Of a stretch of 64,000 nt of DNA, positions 28,259 through 42,073 are shown piece after piece. Source of the stretch: Octopus sinensis (lineage: Eukaryota). Each line of letters starts with the position of its first letter. Position 1 is the stretch's first letter. The stretch is from NCBI RefSeq assembly GCF_006345805.1, contig NC_043010.1, forward strand, positions 8,990,001 to 9,054,000. The letters are read 5' to 3'. Position numbers and translations under genes: made by a program. The notes beneath the pieces were generated by a model. The model was given only the letters and a program-made list of their open reading frames with translations. It ran no database searches and was not told the origin of the DNA.

Positions 28259-28290
<32 letters not shown>
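26690..28290. repeat. Tandem duplication of ~0.75-0.85 kb bounded by (AT)n
   Basis: 26701 aligns to ~27452. The shared block gggagggagag...ccctggtagtaggagggcaggctgg...ttccaaattaataatatatcagttg differs by single-base indels. Confidence 0.9.
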
Positions 28291-28292
<2 letters not shown>

Positions 28293-28734
28293 GATATATA
28301 AATGTATACTAATAGATAGATAATATGAATACATTAAATAATGATATGGATATGCAATATCATGTTTATGTGCACATATGTATGAATGTGTGTGTTTGTA
28401 TGTACAAGAGTTGTTTTACTATACAACTATCTTTATTCATGTTTATCACGAGATACATGCATATGTGTGTGTGTGTGTTAAAATACATTTCTATTGATAT
28501 ATATTTATTTAATAAATATTACTATGATGAAGAATGTATAATATTTTTCTATATGTAGAGAAATTGTAAATATATATGTAAAACTTTATGCATTACAGTT
28601 TTATAGAGAAGCTTTTGTCATTTACAATATTATATGTGTATAGAAATGCATATCTTATCTATATGTGTGTATACATACATATATATATGTATATATATAA
28701 ATAAATATATATGATGATGATATGTAAACATATG

Positions 28735-28770
<36 letters not shown>

Positions 28771-30010
28771 ATACACACACACACATTTACATATATATGC
28801 ACACATATAAATACATGCATACATGGAAGTGTACATGTTCATAAGAATTTACAAACAGGAGAGAAAGGTACTCAATACAGGGCTTTCCATTTATTTAAAG
28901 TTGATGCTTCACTCTATTAAATTTCTGAATTTTCCATTTCCATTTCTATCTACCACCCCCACAGATGCACGCACAAGCATGCATACGCATAAATATTCCT
29001 TAAAAAACACCAGGGAAGCATTGTGAAGCAGAAATTCACAAGAGTTCTCCCAAAGTTGGAATTACAGCAATGTGAGTCAATATATTGTTATGTAAACAAA
29101 TTTAATTTAAAGCAATTCCAAACAAATACATATATATTAAAATAAACATATCATATTGGCCTGATATACAATTGGCCTTCACTTGTAGATGTGTATGGGT
29201 TAGTAACATGTACTATGATTTCACGAGTTGTTTTAGGTACCTTTGTCTTCATGAGCAGACAAAGACATCTTCCTGCTCCCCTTAGTCATGACTCGGTGGA
29301 GCATCCAGGATGCAACAGCCAATGGGAGTGTGGGGTGCACTAGCATCTGGATAGTACTCATAACATTAGAGTAGACAAGAGCAGTGCCTCTAGAGTAGAC
29401 AAATGAAGTGCCTCGCTCAAGGACACAATGTTCTCTGTGATCAAGGAACTGAACCTACAACCATTACCATTAGGCCACACACTTTCATGGATATTTGCTT
29501 ATTTTAATATTCGTACCTTAAATTGGCAGTGAACTGGCAGAATCATTAGCATGCCTGGTGAAATGCTTTGAAGTATTTCTTCCATCCTTACATTCTGTGT
29601 TCGAATTCTTGCCTTTCACCCTTTTGGGATCAATAAAATAAGTACTAGCTGAACACTGGATTCGATATACTCAACTTAAATACTCCTGGGTATGAGTATA
29701 AAAACTGTATCCCTCTGCCAAGCAAAATCAAACTAGTTTGGAAGAATAGGCTCATCAAACCAGTATGCTATTAAGCTCAAACTCACAGGCTCCACATCAG
29801 AACATAGTTGATGGAAAGAATATGCTGAAGTCCTCATCCTGCAGTGAGTTGAACATGGACAATTCAATCCAATACAATCCACCTTGGATTCTAAACTAAT
29901 ACGATCTGTTTCATGGTTGTATCATCAGCAACTAAACCATCATACTGCTACTCTAGGGACTTACCTCGACACATATTGGGTCACTCTGCCAAAACAAAAG
30001 ACAATATATA

Positions 30011-30398
30011 GGCACAGAAGTGGCTGTGTGGTAAGTAGCTTGATAACCAACCACATGGTTCCGAGTTCAGTCCCACTGCGTGGCATCTTGGGCTAGTGTC
30101 TTCTGCTATAGCCCCGGGCTGACCAATGCCTTGTGAGTGAATTTGGTAGACGGAAACTGAAAGAAGCCCATCGTATATATGTATATATATATATGTTTGT
30201 GTGTCTGTATTTGTCCCCCTAGCATTGCTTGACAACCGATGCTGGTGTGTTTACGTCCCCGTCACTTAGCGGTTCGGCAATAAGGAGACCGATAGAATAA
30301 GTACTGGGCTTACAAAGAATAAGTCCCGGGGTCGAGTTGCTCGGCTAAAGGCAGTGCTCCAGCATGGCCGCAGTGAAATGACTGAAACAAGTAAAGAG
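30011..30398 (+). mobile_element. Family A SINE, full length
   Basis: Homologous to 22034-22468. Confidence 0.92.
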
Positions 30399-31074
30399 AG
30401 AGTATATGTCAAGGAGGGAGAATTCAACAAGGACTCAGTAGCTGTCCATCAAACCTACAAATTGGGCAAGAGCTCAGTTAAGCCTTTGTGTCTAGCATGT
30501 TATGCTGTCTTAGTACCTTCTGCCCACAGTTGCCTCTCTCAGATACATTGGTTTTGTCTTCCCTCTGACCCTTGGGGATCCAGATATGAGAAAGTTCCTG
30601 ATAAGTGCAAAGACTACCCAAAGTGACTTAGATATGCTTATTACCAACATATTTTTAGTCCGTGGGTTTTTTGTCTCCTTATCTTGATATCTTGTGATGT
30701 TCTAAAGGATTGTCATTACCATACGAGTGGTGGCATTCATTTGTCATTTTCTGCAAGAACATGTCTGACATGGGGAAATATTACCTTACTTGGAATTAGG
30801 TGAGGGTTGGTGACAGGGAGAGCATCAGGATGCAGAAAATCTGCCTTAAAAATACTCCATCTGTTTCATAAAAGCATGGAAAGTGGTTGTTATAAAAATG
30901 ATGATGATGATGATGATATATAAATATGTATGTGTGTGTGTATGTGTGTGTGTATATATATATGTATATATATATGTATATATATATATATATGTGTATA
31001 TATATATATGTATATATGTATATATATATATGTATGTGTATATATATATATATATATACAAATATATACATACA

Positions 31075-31134
<60 letters not shown>

Positions 31135-32280
31135 CATACATGCACACATAAACACATACATACATACATATATACATATACAAACAGAGAAAGAGAGGGA
31201 GAAATGAATAAAATGAATCGATGACGTGCTATCTACTCAGATCAAGCTAACTTGAGGTGTTTGGTTCATTAGGGTAGGGGCATTCTACCCCTGACCATTC
31301 CATCTTTTATTCAGACTCTGTGTCTCTAAGACTACATTATCCTTTGTATCCCCTTTTTTAAAAGACTGCAGGATATGATCTGAGGAGGCTTTGGTTGCTA
31401 TTTCTAGATGACTGAGCATCAGCATAGTGATTTTATCATTGGTTTATGTGAATTCATGTGTCTAAATGTGTGTGAGTGTGTGTGTGTGTATGTATGTGTG
31501 CATGTGTGTGTATGTGAGTGTGTGTGTGTGTGTGTATGTGTGTGTGTGTATTATGCATCAAATATAGTGTCCTACTGCTAAAACATCTGTTAAGTTATGG
31601 TAATAATTGCACTTTACATGCAAAGATGAAGTTAAAGTGTGTGTTATCCTAGCTATATCAAGATGGAAGCAGCAGGAAACAGCAGGAAATTTGGTTCCGT
31701 AGTTACTGGACCAAATGTCTGCGTGCATGTATGTGTGTATGTGTGTGTGTCAGTGTGTCTGTGTATATGGCATTATGTGTCTGTGTATATGGCATTATAT
31801 GTCTGTGTATGTGTGTGTGAGTGTGTGTGAGATTGTATATGTCTCTATAAGAGTGAGTGTTTACATGCTAGTGTGTCTGTTCATGATGTGCTGAAGAGTT
31901 GGGTGAATAATGTCTGTCAATGTTCTTGTTCTACTGTTTCAGATTTCATGACATAAGATTGACGATGGACACAGCAAAAAAACAACAACAACAACAACAA
32001 CAGCAGCAGCAGCAAAACACTCACATGTATACGCACCTAGGAAAACATGCGTATATCAACATATACATGAGCACATACACATATACACACGATTTTACAA
32101 TTTTAGGTTTTTGTTAAAAGTTTAGAGTAGAGGTTTAGGGATGTGATGGTGTGGTGGTGGTGTCCATAACATTTCACAGGTTTTACAGTTAGAAGAATCC
32201 ACACACATACATACACACAATCCACATACATACACACAATCCACACACACGCATACACACAATATCCACATACATACATA

Positions 32281-32470
32281 ATGGCTGTTTGGTAAGAAAC
32301 TTGCTTCTCAACCACAAGTTTGTGGGTTCAGGCCCACCATGTGGCACCTTTGGCAAGTGTCTTCTCCTATAGCCTCAGGCTGACCAAAGCCTTGTAAGTC
32401 GATTTGGTAGATGGAAATTCAAAGAAGCCCATTGTATGTGTGTGTGTGCGTGTGTGTGTGTGTGTGTGCA

Positions 32471-32502
<32 letters not shown>

Positions 32503-32750
32503 TGTATGTGTGCGTGTGAGTGTGTGTGTTTGTGTCTGTGTTTGTTCCTCCATCACCATTTGATAACCAGTGTTGGAGTGTTTAAATCTCCGTAACATAG
32601 TGGTTTGGCAAAATGGCTGATAGAATAAGTCTGGGCTTCAGAAATAAATCTTGGGGTCGATTTGTTTGACTAAAATCCCTTCAAGGTGGTACTCCAGCAT
32701 GGTCGTAATCAAATGACTGAAGCAAGTAAAAGAATAATAGAATAAAAGAA
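32281..32750 (+). mobile_element. Family A SINE, diverged, with expanded internal (GT)n
   Basis: ggcacctttggcaagtgtcttctcctatagcctcagg...aaatgactgaagcaagtaaaag. Confidence 0.8.
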
Positions 32751-32850
32751 TACATACATAAACATATATGTATATATATACATATATATATACATATAAA
32801 TATTCATATATACATACATATACATATATATACATAAAAACATACATACA

Positions 32851-33052
32851 TGAGAGGGTGCTGAAAAGTTCCTGGCTTTGAGTAAAAGAAAACACTGGAG
32901 GATCAGTTAATTATGATTTTATTCAACATATGCCCTTCTCAGGTTCACACTCTTATTGCAGTGGTCCTCCAGTTTTTCTGAGCCCTGTAAAAGAACTCCA
33001 CCCAGGCCTTTTGTGATACCCTTAATGTCAAGGACCTTTCAGCATCCCCTCA
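32851..33052. mobile_element. Mariner-type MITE
   Basis: Left TIR tgagagggtgctgaaaagttcct; the reverse complement of the right end is tgaggggatgctgaaaggtcct. The right flank is TA. Confidence 0.8.
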
Positions 33053-33418
33053 TAAATGCATACATACATGAATGTATGCAATGATGCATGTAAACATAGA
33101 TGAATACGTACATGCATACATATCATATACAGATATATACATATATACATACATGAATGCATGCATATATATGTATGCATACATACATGTATGCATACAA
33201 TCATACATTCATGCAAACATACATACATGAAAGCTAATTTGAAGACTACAGATCCAATCCATCACTGGAACGGTAAAAATCTGTAAAACTTTCCAGAAGT
33301 TTATCATTTAAATATATTTGAACATGTCTAGATATGTAACTATATGCATGAGAATACATACATAAAACATACAAATCTGCACATACATACATACATATAT
33401 ATACATATATACATACAT

Positions 33419-33449
<31 letters not shown>

Positions 33450-33514
33450 CATACATATACATACATACATACATACATACATACATACATACATACATAC
33501 ATACATACATACAT

Positions 33515-35160
33515 ACGTACGTACATATGTACATACCCCGTTGTTGATGTTGAAATTTCATTGAAGGAACATTGGATCTAGGTTAGAAACCAATCCTTTC
33601 TCTATTGGCAAGAAATCTTGAAATAACTGAATAATGACATACAGAATGCCATTTCAGAAAAAGGACTGTCCTAGGATAAATATAAAGAATCCCTCTGCTA
33701 TTGTATACATACACAAACATCAACACAAGGTATTTGGTGAAACATCCCCATTCAAACATCTACCAAGTGTAAGGATAACAGGCCAGAGATAGCTGCTTGA
33801 AATAGACTAAAAAAATGTGTGTACTGTTGTAGAGTTCAGCTGCCCTGCTGATGTGAATGTCTGTTTGAAAAAAAAAAATATTAAGTGGATAACTATGGAA
33901 ACCGTCAGCTTCTGTACCCAGATCATAAATTCACAAATATACCAATAATAATTGGTTCACTTGACTTTGTTAGTAAATGCCTAAGTGACAATCTGGAAAA
34001 GCTAGGGTTTTCAGAGAAAGAAGTCAACCCAAAACATGCACATTAAATGTACAATTTGTAAGTGGAACAGAACAAATTGTGCAAGATTTTCTTAAGTTTA
34101 AAATGTGACATTGTTTTTGTTATCTACACTTCAGTGACGAAGCATTGTATCATTGTTAGGACCATCCTCTTCATTACAGGAAGATTTTAATAATTAAAAA
34201 TAGGACAGAACTTACAGGTAAACAAATTACATACAGACATAGATACATAGATACGTACTATATACATACATACATACATACATACATAATACATACATAC
34301 ATCTATACATACATATACATACATACATACATACATACATACATACATACATACATACATACATACATACATACGTACGTACATATGTACATACCCCGTT
34401 GTTGATGTTGAAATTTCATTGAAGGAACATTGGATCTAGGTTAGAAACCAATCCTTTCTCTATTGGCAAGAAATCTTGAAATAAACTGAATAATGACATA
34501 CAGAATGCCATTTCAGAAAAAGGACTGTCCTAGGATAAATATAAAGAATCCCTCTGCTATTGTATACATACACAAACATCAACACAAGGTATATTGGTGA
34601 AACATCCCCATTCAAACATCTACCAAGTGTAAGGATAACAGGCCAGAGATAGCTGCTTGAAATAGACTAAAAAAATGTGTGTACTGTTGTAGAGTTCAGC
34701 TGCCCTGCTGATGTGAATGTCTGTTTGAAAAAAAAAAATATTAAGTGGATAACTATGGAAACCGTCAGCTTCTGTACCCAGATCATAAATTCACAAATAT
34801 ACCAATAATAATTGGTTCACTTGACTTTGTTAGTAAATGCCTAAGTGACAATCTGGAAAAGCTAGGGTTTTCAGAGAAAGAAGTCAACCAGAAAACATGC
34901 ACATTAAATGTACAATTTGTAAGTGGAACAGAACAAAATGTGCAAGATTTTCTTAAGTTTAAAATGTGACATTGTTTTTGTTATCTACACTTCAGTGACG
35001 AAGCATTGTATCATTGTTAGAGACCATCCTCTTCATTACAGGAAGATTTTAATAATTAAAAATAGGACAGAACTTACAGGTAAACAAATGTACATACAGA
35101 CATAGATACATAGATACGTACATATATACATACATACATACATACATACATAATACATAC
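33515..35160. repeat. Tandem duplication (offset 858) bounded by (CATA)n
   Basis: cataccccgttgttg starts at ~33532 and ~34390. The copies differ almost only by single-base indels. Confidence 0.93.
33640..34115 (+). mobile_element. RLE-type LINE (R4/Dong-like) restriction-like endonuclease end; second copy at ~34498-34973
   Basis: Frameshifted NIPIQTSTKCKDNRPEI...CTVVEFSCPADVNV...YGN..QLLYPDHKFTNIPIIIGSLDFVSKCL matches the RPD...E...K RLE domain layout. Confidence 0.8.
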
Positions 35161-35290
35161 ATACATACATACATACATACAAATACAGATAGTCAATCAG
35201 ACAGAACAACAAGTATTTATAAGTACACACATATAGACATTCATTTATATCCACAAGAATATACAGAATTATACATCTAGACAAACATAC

Positions 35291-35336
<46 letters not shown>

Positions 35337-36013
35337 TATACGTATAATAACATATACACATATGTACGTATATACATATGTATGTATATACATACACATG
35401 CATGCATACATACACACGCATGCATACATACATACATACATACATACATACATACATACGTACATACATACATACGTACGTACGTACATACATACGTAAG
35501 TATCAGAATATAAGTGCAAATACGCAAATCTATATAATCTAATATATTTTTCATGAGCAAGTGGGAAAGGGTGGAGAAAAAATGAGTAGAAACAGTGACA
35601 ATTAGAGAGGAAGAAAGAGAGAAAGAGAGAGAGAGAGAGGGAAGGTGAAAGAGATAGAAAATGAGAGAGAGAGAGAACACGTGTATGAGCAAAAGTCTGT
35701 ATGTGAATGCAAAACAGATTTGGACGTTCTTTTGTTGTTTAATTAGTGGAACATTCCTTGTCATCACAGCAAATTCCGTGAGCAAAGTAATTCATGGAGC
35801 AGCAACCCCTCAGCATGACCATCCAGGCTGAAAGAAGAAATCTGAATCATCCAGAAAAACACAATACAAACGAAGCTCCTGCAGTGAGATATTTCTTTGG
35901 CTCATTTAACAAATACCCAATTTTTCTTTTTGTGTGTGTGTGGAAGTACCTTTGGAGACAATAACAGACAAAAAGATAAAAAATAAAAAAAAAAGGCTAT
36001 CATAATATACATA

Positions 36014-36553
36014 GGCGCAGGAGTGGCTGTGTGTTAAGTAGCTTGTTTACCAACCACATGGTACCGGGTTCAGTCCCACTGCGTGGCACCTTGGGCAAGT
36101 GTCTTCTACTATAGCCTCGGGCCGACCAAAGCCTTGTGAGTAGATTTGGCAGACGGAAACTGAAAGGAGCCTGTCGTATATATGTATATATATATATATG
36201 TATATGTGTGTGTGCGTGTATGTTTGTGTTTGTCCCCCCAACATCGCTTGACAACCGGTGCTGGTGTGTTTACGTCCCTGTCATTTAGCGGTTCGGCAAA
36301 AGAGACCGATAGAATAAGTACTGGGCTTACAAAGAATAAGTCCCGGGGTCGAGTTGCTCGATTAAAGGCGGTGCTCCAGCATGGCCGCAGTCAAATGACT
36401 GAAACAAGTAAAAGAGTAAAAGAGTAAAAGAGACCGATAGAATAAGTACTGGGCTTACAAAGAATAAGTCCCGGGGTCGAGTTGCTCGACTAAAGGCGGT
36501 GCTCCAGCATGGCCGCAGTCAAATGACTGAAACAAGTAAAAGAGTAAAAGAGT
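36014..36553 (+). mobile_element. Family A SINE with tandemly duplicated 128-bp 3' segment
   Basis: 36298-36425 is repeated at 36426-36553 with one mismatch. Confidence 0.93.
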
Positions 36554-36830
36554 AAAGAGGCTAACAATACCAGTGCTTAATTTTGGATAGATGAAGATAT
36601 GATTGTATACTCATGAATAGCTAATCTGTTCATCAGAACTATCATAAGTAATCATTCGTAGAAGCTGCTGGAAAAAAAAAATATAGGTCACTACTTGTTC
36701 CCAATTGCTAGGTGAACCAAGTTGGGTTGAATCAAGCATCTTAAAAGCTCTTCCTGAGACCAGATGTGAACACCACGTGTGTCTCAATTATATATGCATT
36801 TTGACATTTCCCTTATTCGCTGAAATATCT

Positions 36831-36862
<32 letters not shown>

Positions 36863-36964
36863 AATACATATATGTATAATTACAGATAAATATGCATGCG
36901 TGTGTGTGCATGCTTGCATGTGCATGTGTCTATATGTGTCTGTGTGTCTGTATATATATATGTG

Positions 36965-37170
36965 TATTGGCGATTATTTTTCCTCTGTCTTCCCTTCTCT
37001 AGATCTCTCCTTCTCCTATGTTTCCGACGAAGAGCTCCGCTCGAAACGCTAAACCCTCCTTCTTCCCTTCCTTCCTGAGCGTCCAATAATACTATATTTG
37101 TTGCACGTCCTTGCGTTGTTGTGTTTTCTCTTTGTGTTTTCACGTTTGGATTAACTTTATATATATATAT
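36965..37170 (+). mobile_element. Penelope-like element terminal (pLTR-like) fragment
   Basis: CT-rich segment, ...ccgacgaagagctccgctcgaaacg..., then ttcctgagcgtccaataatac. The architecture is shared with 58935-59130(-) and 38915-39000(-). Confidence 0.65.
37020..37054 (+). ncRNA. Minimal type I hammerhead-like motif, probably inactive
   Basis: GUUU-CCGACGA-A-GAGC(UCC)GCUC-GAAAC-GCU-AAAC. The core has U4C and the conserved U16.1 appears mutated to C. Confidence 0.45.
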
Positions 37171-37412
37171 GTAAAGAGAAATAGCTCTGACGAAAGAACG
37201 TAGCATTATCGTTTTTAGGTTGTTCAATCTTTTGAGGTCATTCAATTTTTCTCAGCTTATCAATAGTAAGACCAATTGAGTAAACCTATCTGTAATGTAC
37301 CTATAATAACCACTGGAAACAGCTGTAAGCCAAATTTGCTCTAATAAAGGAAAATATGTTATGACCATTATCTATAATTTGTCTTATGCATATATATATA
37401 TATATATATATA

Positions 37413-37656
37413 GTGGAGGCATGTGGCTTGGTGGTTAGGGTGTCAGCATCATGATCGTAAGATTTTGGTTTTGATTCCTGGACCAGGCGACGCATTGTGT
37501 TCTTGAGCAAAACACTTCATTTCACATTGCCCCAGTCCACTCAGCTGGCAAAAATGCGTAACACTGCGATGGATTGGCGTCCCATCCAGCTGGGGAACAC
37601 ATGCGCCATAGAAACTGGGAAACCAGGCCCATGAGCCTGGCTAGCCTTTATAAGGA
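37413..37656 (+). mobile_element. Family E tRNA-derived SINE
   Basis: gtggaggcatgtggcttggtggttagggtgtc...ggttttgattcctggacc...gttcttgagcaaaacacttcatttcac. Confidence 0.85.
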
Positions 37657-37709
37657 CGTATTTATTATTTTTGTTATATATATATACACACACACACACA
37701 CTCACACAC

Positions 37710-38072
<363 letters not shown>

Positions 38073-38574
38073 TTGACTTAAAATTGTTTGATTTAGACCA
38101 AGCAACTTGAAGTTTATTACGCTTTTCTGTGACTGTATGCCCTTCTTCAATCTCAATAGTCTGCAAAAACATGTCTGGTCAATAGAAAATATTATCATGC
38201 TAGGAAACAAATAGAAGTGGAACACAACAAGAAAAGTATTAAAGTCATACAGAATCTGCCCGAATGACCTTTGTCCAATTGATCCAAGCATGAAAAAGTA
38301 GATGTGAAAATCGTGAGGAGTTGATGTAATTAACTATAACTGCTATACTGCAAACTTTGACCTTCTAGAAAATCATGAGACATTGATTTTTGTTTAATTA
38401 TTAGAGAGGGATCAAACATTAGATAAAATTTATTAGATATCGTGCTACCATCATAATTTTTAGCCCCATTACGAAACTCTTTGTCATAGATAGCATAGAT
38501 ATTGATTTCTAACATTGATAGAAAAACACAAATTTGGGGGGCAAGAGTATTCAGCCTACCCATTACTTAAACTG

Positions 38575-39200
38575 TTGCTTGAACTTGTTCTCTAAGATGC
38601 TTGCTTCCCAGCCAACATGGCTTCGGGTTCAGTCCCATTGTGTGACACCTTGGGCAAGTCTCTTCTACTATAACCTCGGGTTGACCAAAGCTGTGTGAGT
38701 GGATTTGGTAGAGAGAAACTGAAATAAACCCATTGTGTATATATATAGATATAGATATACATATATTTATATATATACATATATATATATAGATATACAT
38801 ATACTTATATATATACATATATATATATATAGATAGATAGAATACATATATTTATATATATACATATATATATCTATATTATAATATATATATATATATA
38901 TACATATATATAATTTTAATCCAAACGGGAAAACAAAAAAAACAACAGTGGAACAATTACAGTATTATTATTAATAGGCGCTCAGGAAATATGGAAGCAG
39001 GAACATACATACATATTCACACATACAAAAATATATAAATATATATATATTTATATATGTATATATATATACAGATAGATCTATGTGTGTGTGTTTGACC
39101 CCCACCACTGCTTGACAACTGGTGCTGGTGTGTTTACATTCCTGTAACTTAGCGGTTTGAGACAGAGACTGATAGAATAAGTACCACACTTAACAAAATA
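38575..39200 (+). mobile_element. Family A SINE split by (AT)n and an inverted Penelope-like fragment (38915-39000)
   Basis: The 5' half is at 38575-38740 and the 3' half at 39090-39200. The intervening ttttaatccaaacgggaaaac...ggcgctcaggaa is the reverse complement of a sequence like 37070-37170. Confidence 0.7.
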
Positions 39201-39224
39201 TATGACCCATTAAGCGGAACAAAA

Positions 39225-39452
39225 TCACAGTCGTGGCAGATACTGGTGTTGCACAAATGGCACCCATGCTGGTGGCACATAAAAGCACCCAATTCACTCT
39301 CAGAGTGGTTGTCATTAGGAAAGGCATCCAGCCATAGAAAACCCTGCCAAATTAGATTGGTGTCTGATGCAACCTTCCAGCTTACCTGCCCTGGTCAAAC
39401 CGTCAAACCCATTGCCAGTATGGACAATGGACATTAAATGATGAGGATTATA

Positions 39453-39500
<48 letters not shown>
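39225..39500 (+). mobile_element. Family D retroposon with (GAT)n tail
   Basis: ggcacataaaagcaccc...cattaggaaaggcatccagccatagaaac...(gat)n. Confidence 0.75.
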
Positions 39501-39505
<5 letters not shown>

Positions 39506-41913
39506 GCTCTAGGGTTAATTCATTCAACTAAAAATTCTTCAGGGTGGTGCCTCAACATAACCACAGCCTAATGACTGAAACAAGTAAAAGATAAAAAATA
39601 ACGTTGGATAAATTTGATCTCAGAATGTAAGGGACCGTTACTAATAATTTATTGTTGCAAAATATTTTGCATGATGCTTTAATGCTTCTGCCAATCTATC
39701 ACATTCTTACTGTCAATGTTGGTATCTGGTAAGCTGGTGGAATAATTAGCATGCCAGGCAAAATGTTCAACAGCATTTCATCTATCTTTGTGTTCTGAGT
39801 TCAAATTCTACCATGGTTGACTGTGTATTTCATCCTTTTTTGGAGTCAATAAAATAAATATCAGTTGTGCACTGGGATTGATGTAGCATTTCAAAATTGC
39901 TGGCCTTCTGCCAACATTTGAAACCAATATTGGTATCATCATTAATTGCTGTTTTGAAATATTTGTAGTGTGTTGATATTCTTCAGTGTGTGTATGCATG
40001 TATGAACATGTATATATATACAGTGCGTGTGTGTACATCTATGTGTATGTGTGTGTGTGTGCATTTAAAATAATATAGCCCTATATATTCTTGTAATCTA
40101 CTTGTAGATTTTAAACCTAGCATGTCTTGGTAATTATTTCTCAAAGTTCACAACAATACACTTCTATAGAGATAGAGATTTTGATTTAGCTCAATAAATT
40201 TCATATCAACTAGGCCTATCATGTTTGTCAGTCTATAATACCGTTTTGAGATTATAAAATTCTGAGCACATCATATAGGCCAGAATAATAAAAACTAAAA
40301 TTTTTACATTGAGAACTCATGGCTCCGGTGATATGGAGGTGTGGTTAGTGTCACAAGAAGAGATCACTAAACATTCTTCAAGCTGAGCCAATAAGCTGGA
40401 GACTAAGGGGTAGACCAAGAATTGGTTGCAACATTAACTTGTAGTAAATCTGTAGCCAGTGATTGAGCCTCTTCATGCTGATGGTTGTGAAGTGTGCAGG
40501 TGCCTGAGGCAGCTATTCAGGCTAAGGGTGGTATAGAAGAACCAGAAGGTATTTATTGCAAGGGTGAGTTGGTGGGGAACAAGGAAGTGTGAGTCACCTT
40601 TGCACCTTCAAATTCTAGTTTCTGTCTCTTCATGTCTGTTATTTTCCACCAGGTTTGTTCCCTCAATGGAGACATGTGATGGTTGGATATTATCCAAAGT
40701 CTCAGTTGGCTATGCTTGGGGATCCAGTAGGAAAGTGTAATGAGGGTTACTTCTGACAAGACTCCATGGAGAAGGTGCCTGAGGCCCCTACACCCATGAC
40801 CCGCTCAGGAATAGTGTAGGCAGTAAAAAATGAGAAGATAGGTGGAAAGGGAATAAGCAAAATTATAGCTTTTTTGTTAATATATGTCTGTTAAAATAAA
40901 CAGCATTTGTTTCAATTAATATCGAAAAATAATGAAAAATTTAGTAAAATTACTTTATCATTAATAAGTGGATATTTGGAACATAAAGTGAAATATTCAT
41001 GGAAGGTTTTCATTTAGATCAATTTAAGTTGCAACAATCTTATTATAGATCCAAGAGTATTTCAGGTGTGCTCGTATTAAAAAATTTAACGATATCATTT
41101 AAGGCAAAAGAGAAGCAAGTCATGGAGCATAGGAGCATGTGGTCATATAAACAACTTTACACACACATTTATGAAGAAAAGCATAAATGTGTCTTTGAGA
41201 CTTATATACATATCCTTATTTCAATAAGAATTGAATTCACCTGTCTAAAATTTACAATGCATGGGTAAACAACACACATTAAAACAGTTTCCATTAAAAG
41301 CATTTCTGATACCATGTGTGAATTTACAAAGAATTTTTCTACGAAAACAGTCATATATATATATGTATATATACATGACTGCATATATATATATATATAT
41401 ATATATATTAAGTACATGCACACATAATAGATTATATTTCATATTACACATGCACACACATACGAACATATATAAGCATATATATGTAAAGACACACAAT
41501 ATAAAGATAGCCATTCACACACAGCTATGAAAATACACTTAAATAACAAAGTATATGTTTATGTGTATGTATGGCTTCACAATAGCTAAGGGTTAGAAAT
41601 GTCCTAATATGTCTTCAATTGATGTAATATTAACTTCAGACATTAACAAAATAGCAACAAAACAAATTGAAATAATAAAGATATTGTATGTCTAGACACT
41701 ATTATAACAAGATGAAAATTACACCTCGTGTAGAACGTACAAGTATACAGGCATTTATTCAGTCATATATCAAGTCATACATACACACACACACACATAC
41801 ATGCATATACATATATATATATGTGTGTATATATATGTATATATGTGTATGTATTTATATATATATATACACATATATACATATATATATGTGTGTATAT
41901 ATGTATATAGGTG

Positions 41914-41959
<46 letters not shown>

Positions 41960-42034
41960 ACACACACATACATACATATATGCATACATACATACACACA
42001 TACATACATACATAACTACATACATACATACATA

Positions 42035-42073
<39 letters not shown>

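Noticed and set aside
37175-37225. ctgacga motif suggestive of a third hammerhead
   Set aside because: There is no GAAA core after a stem II and no cleavage triplet with a matching stem I.
40190-40300. Minus-strand peptide NMIGLVDMKFIELNQNL resembling a leucine-rich repeat
   Set aside because: It is a single partial match with a weak donor and no neighbouring LRRs.
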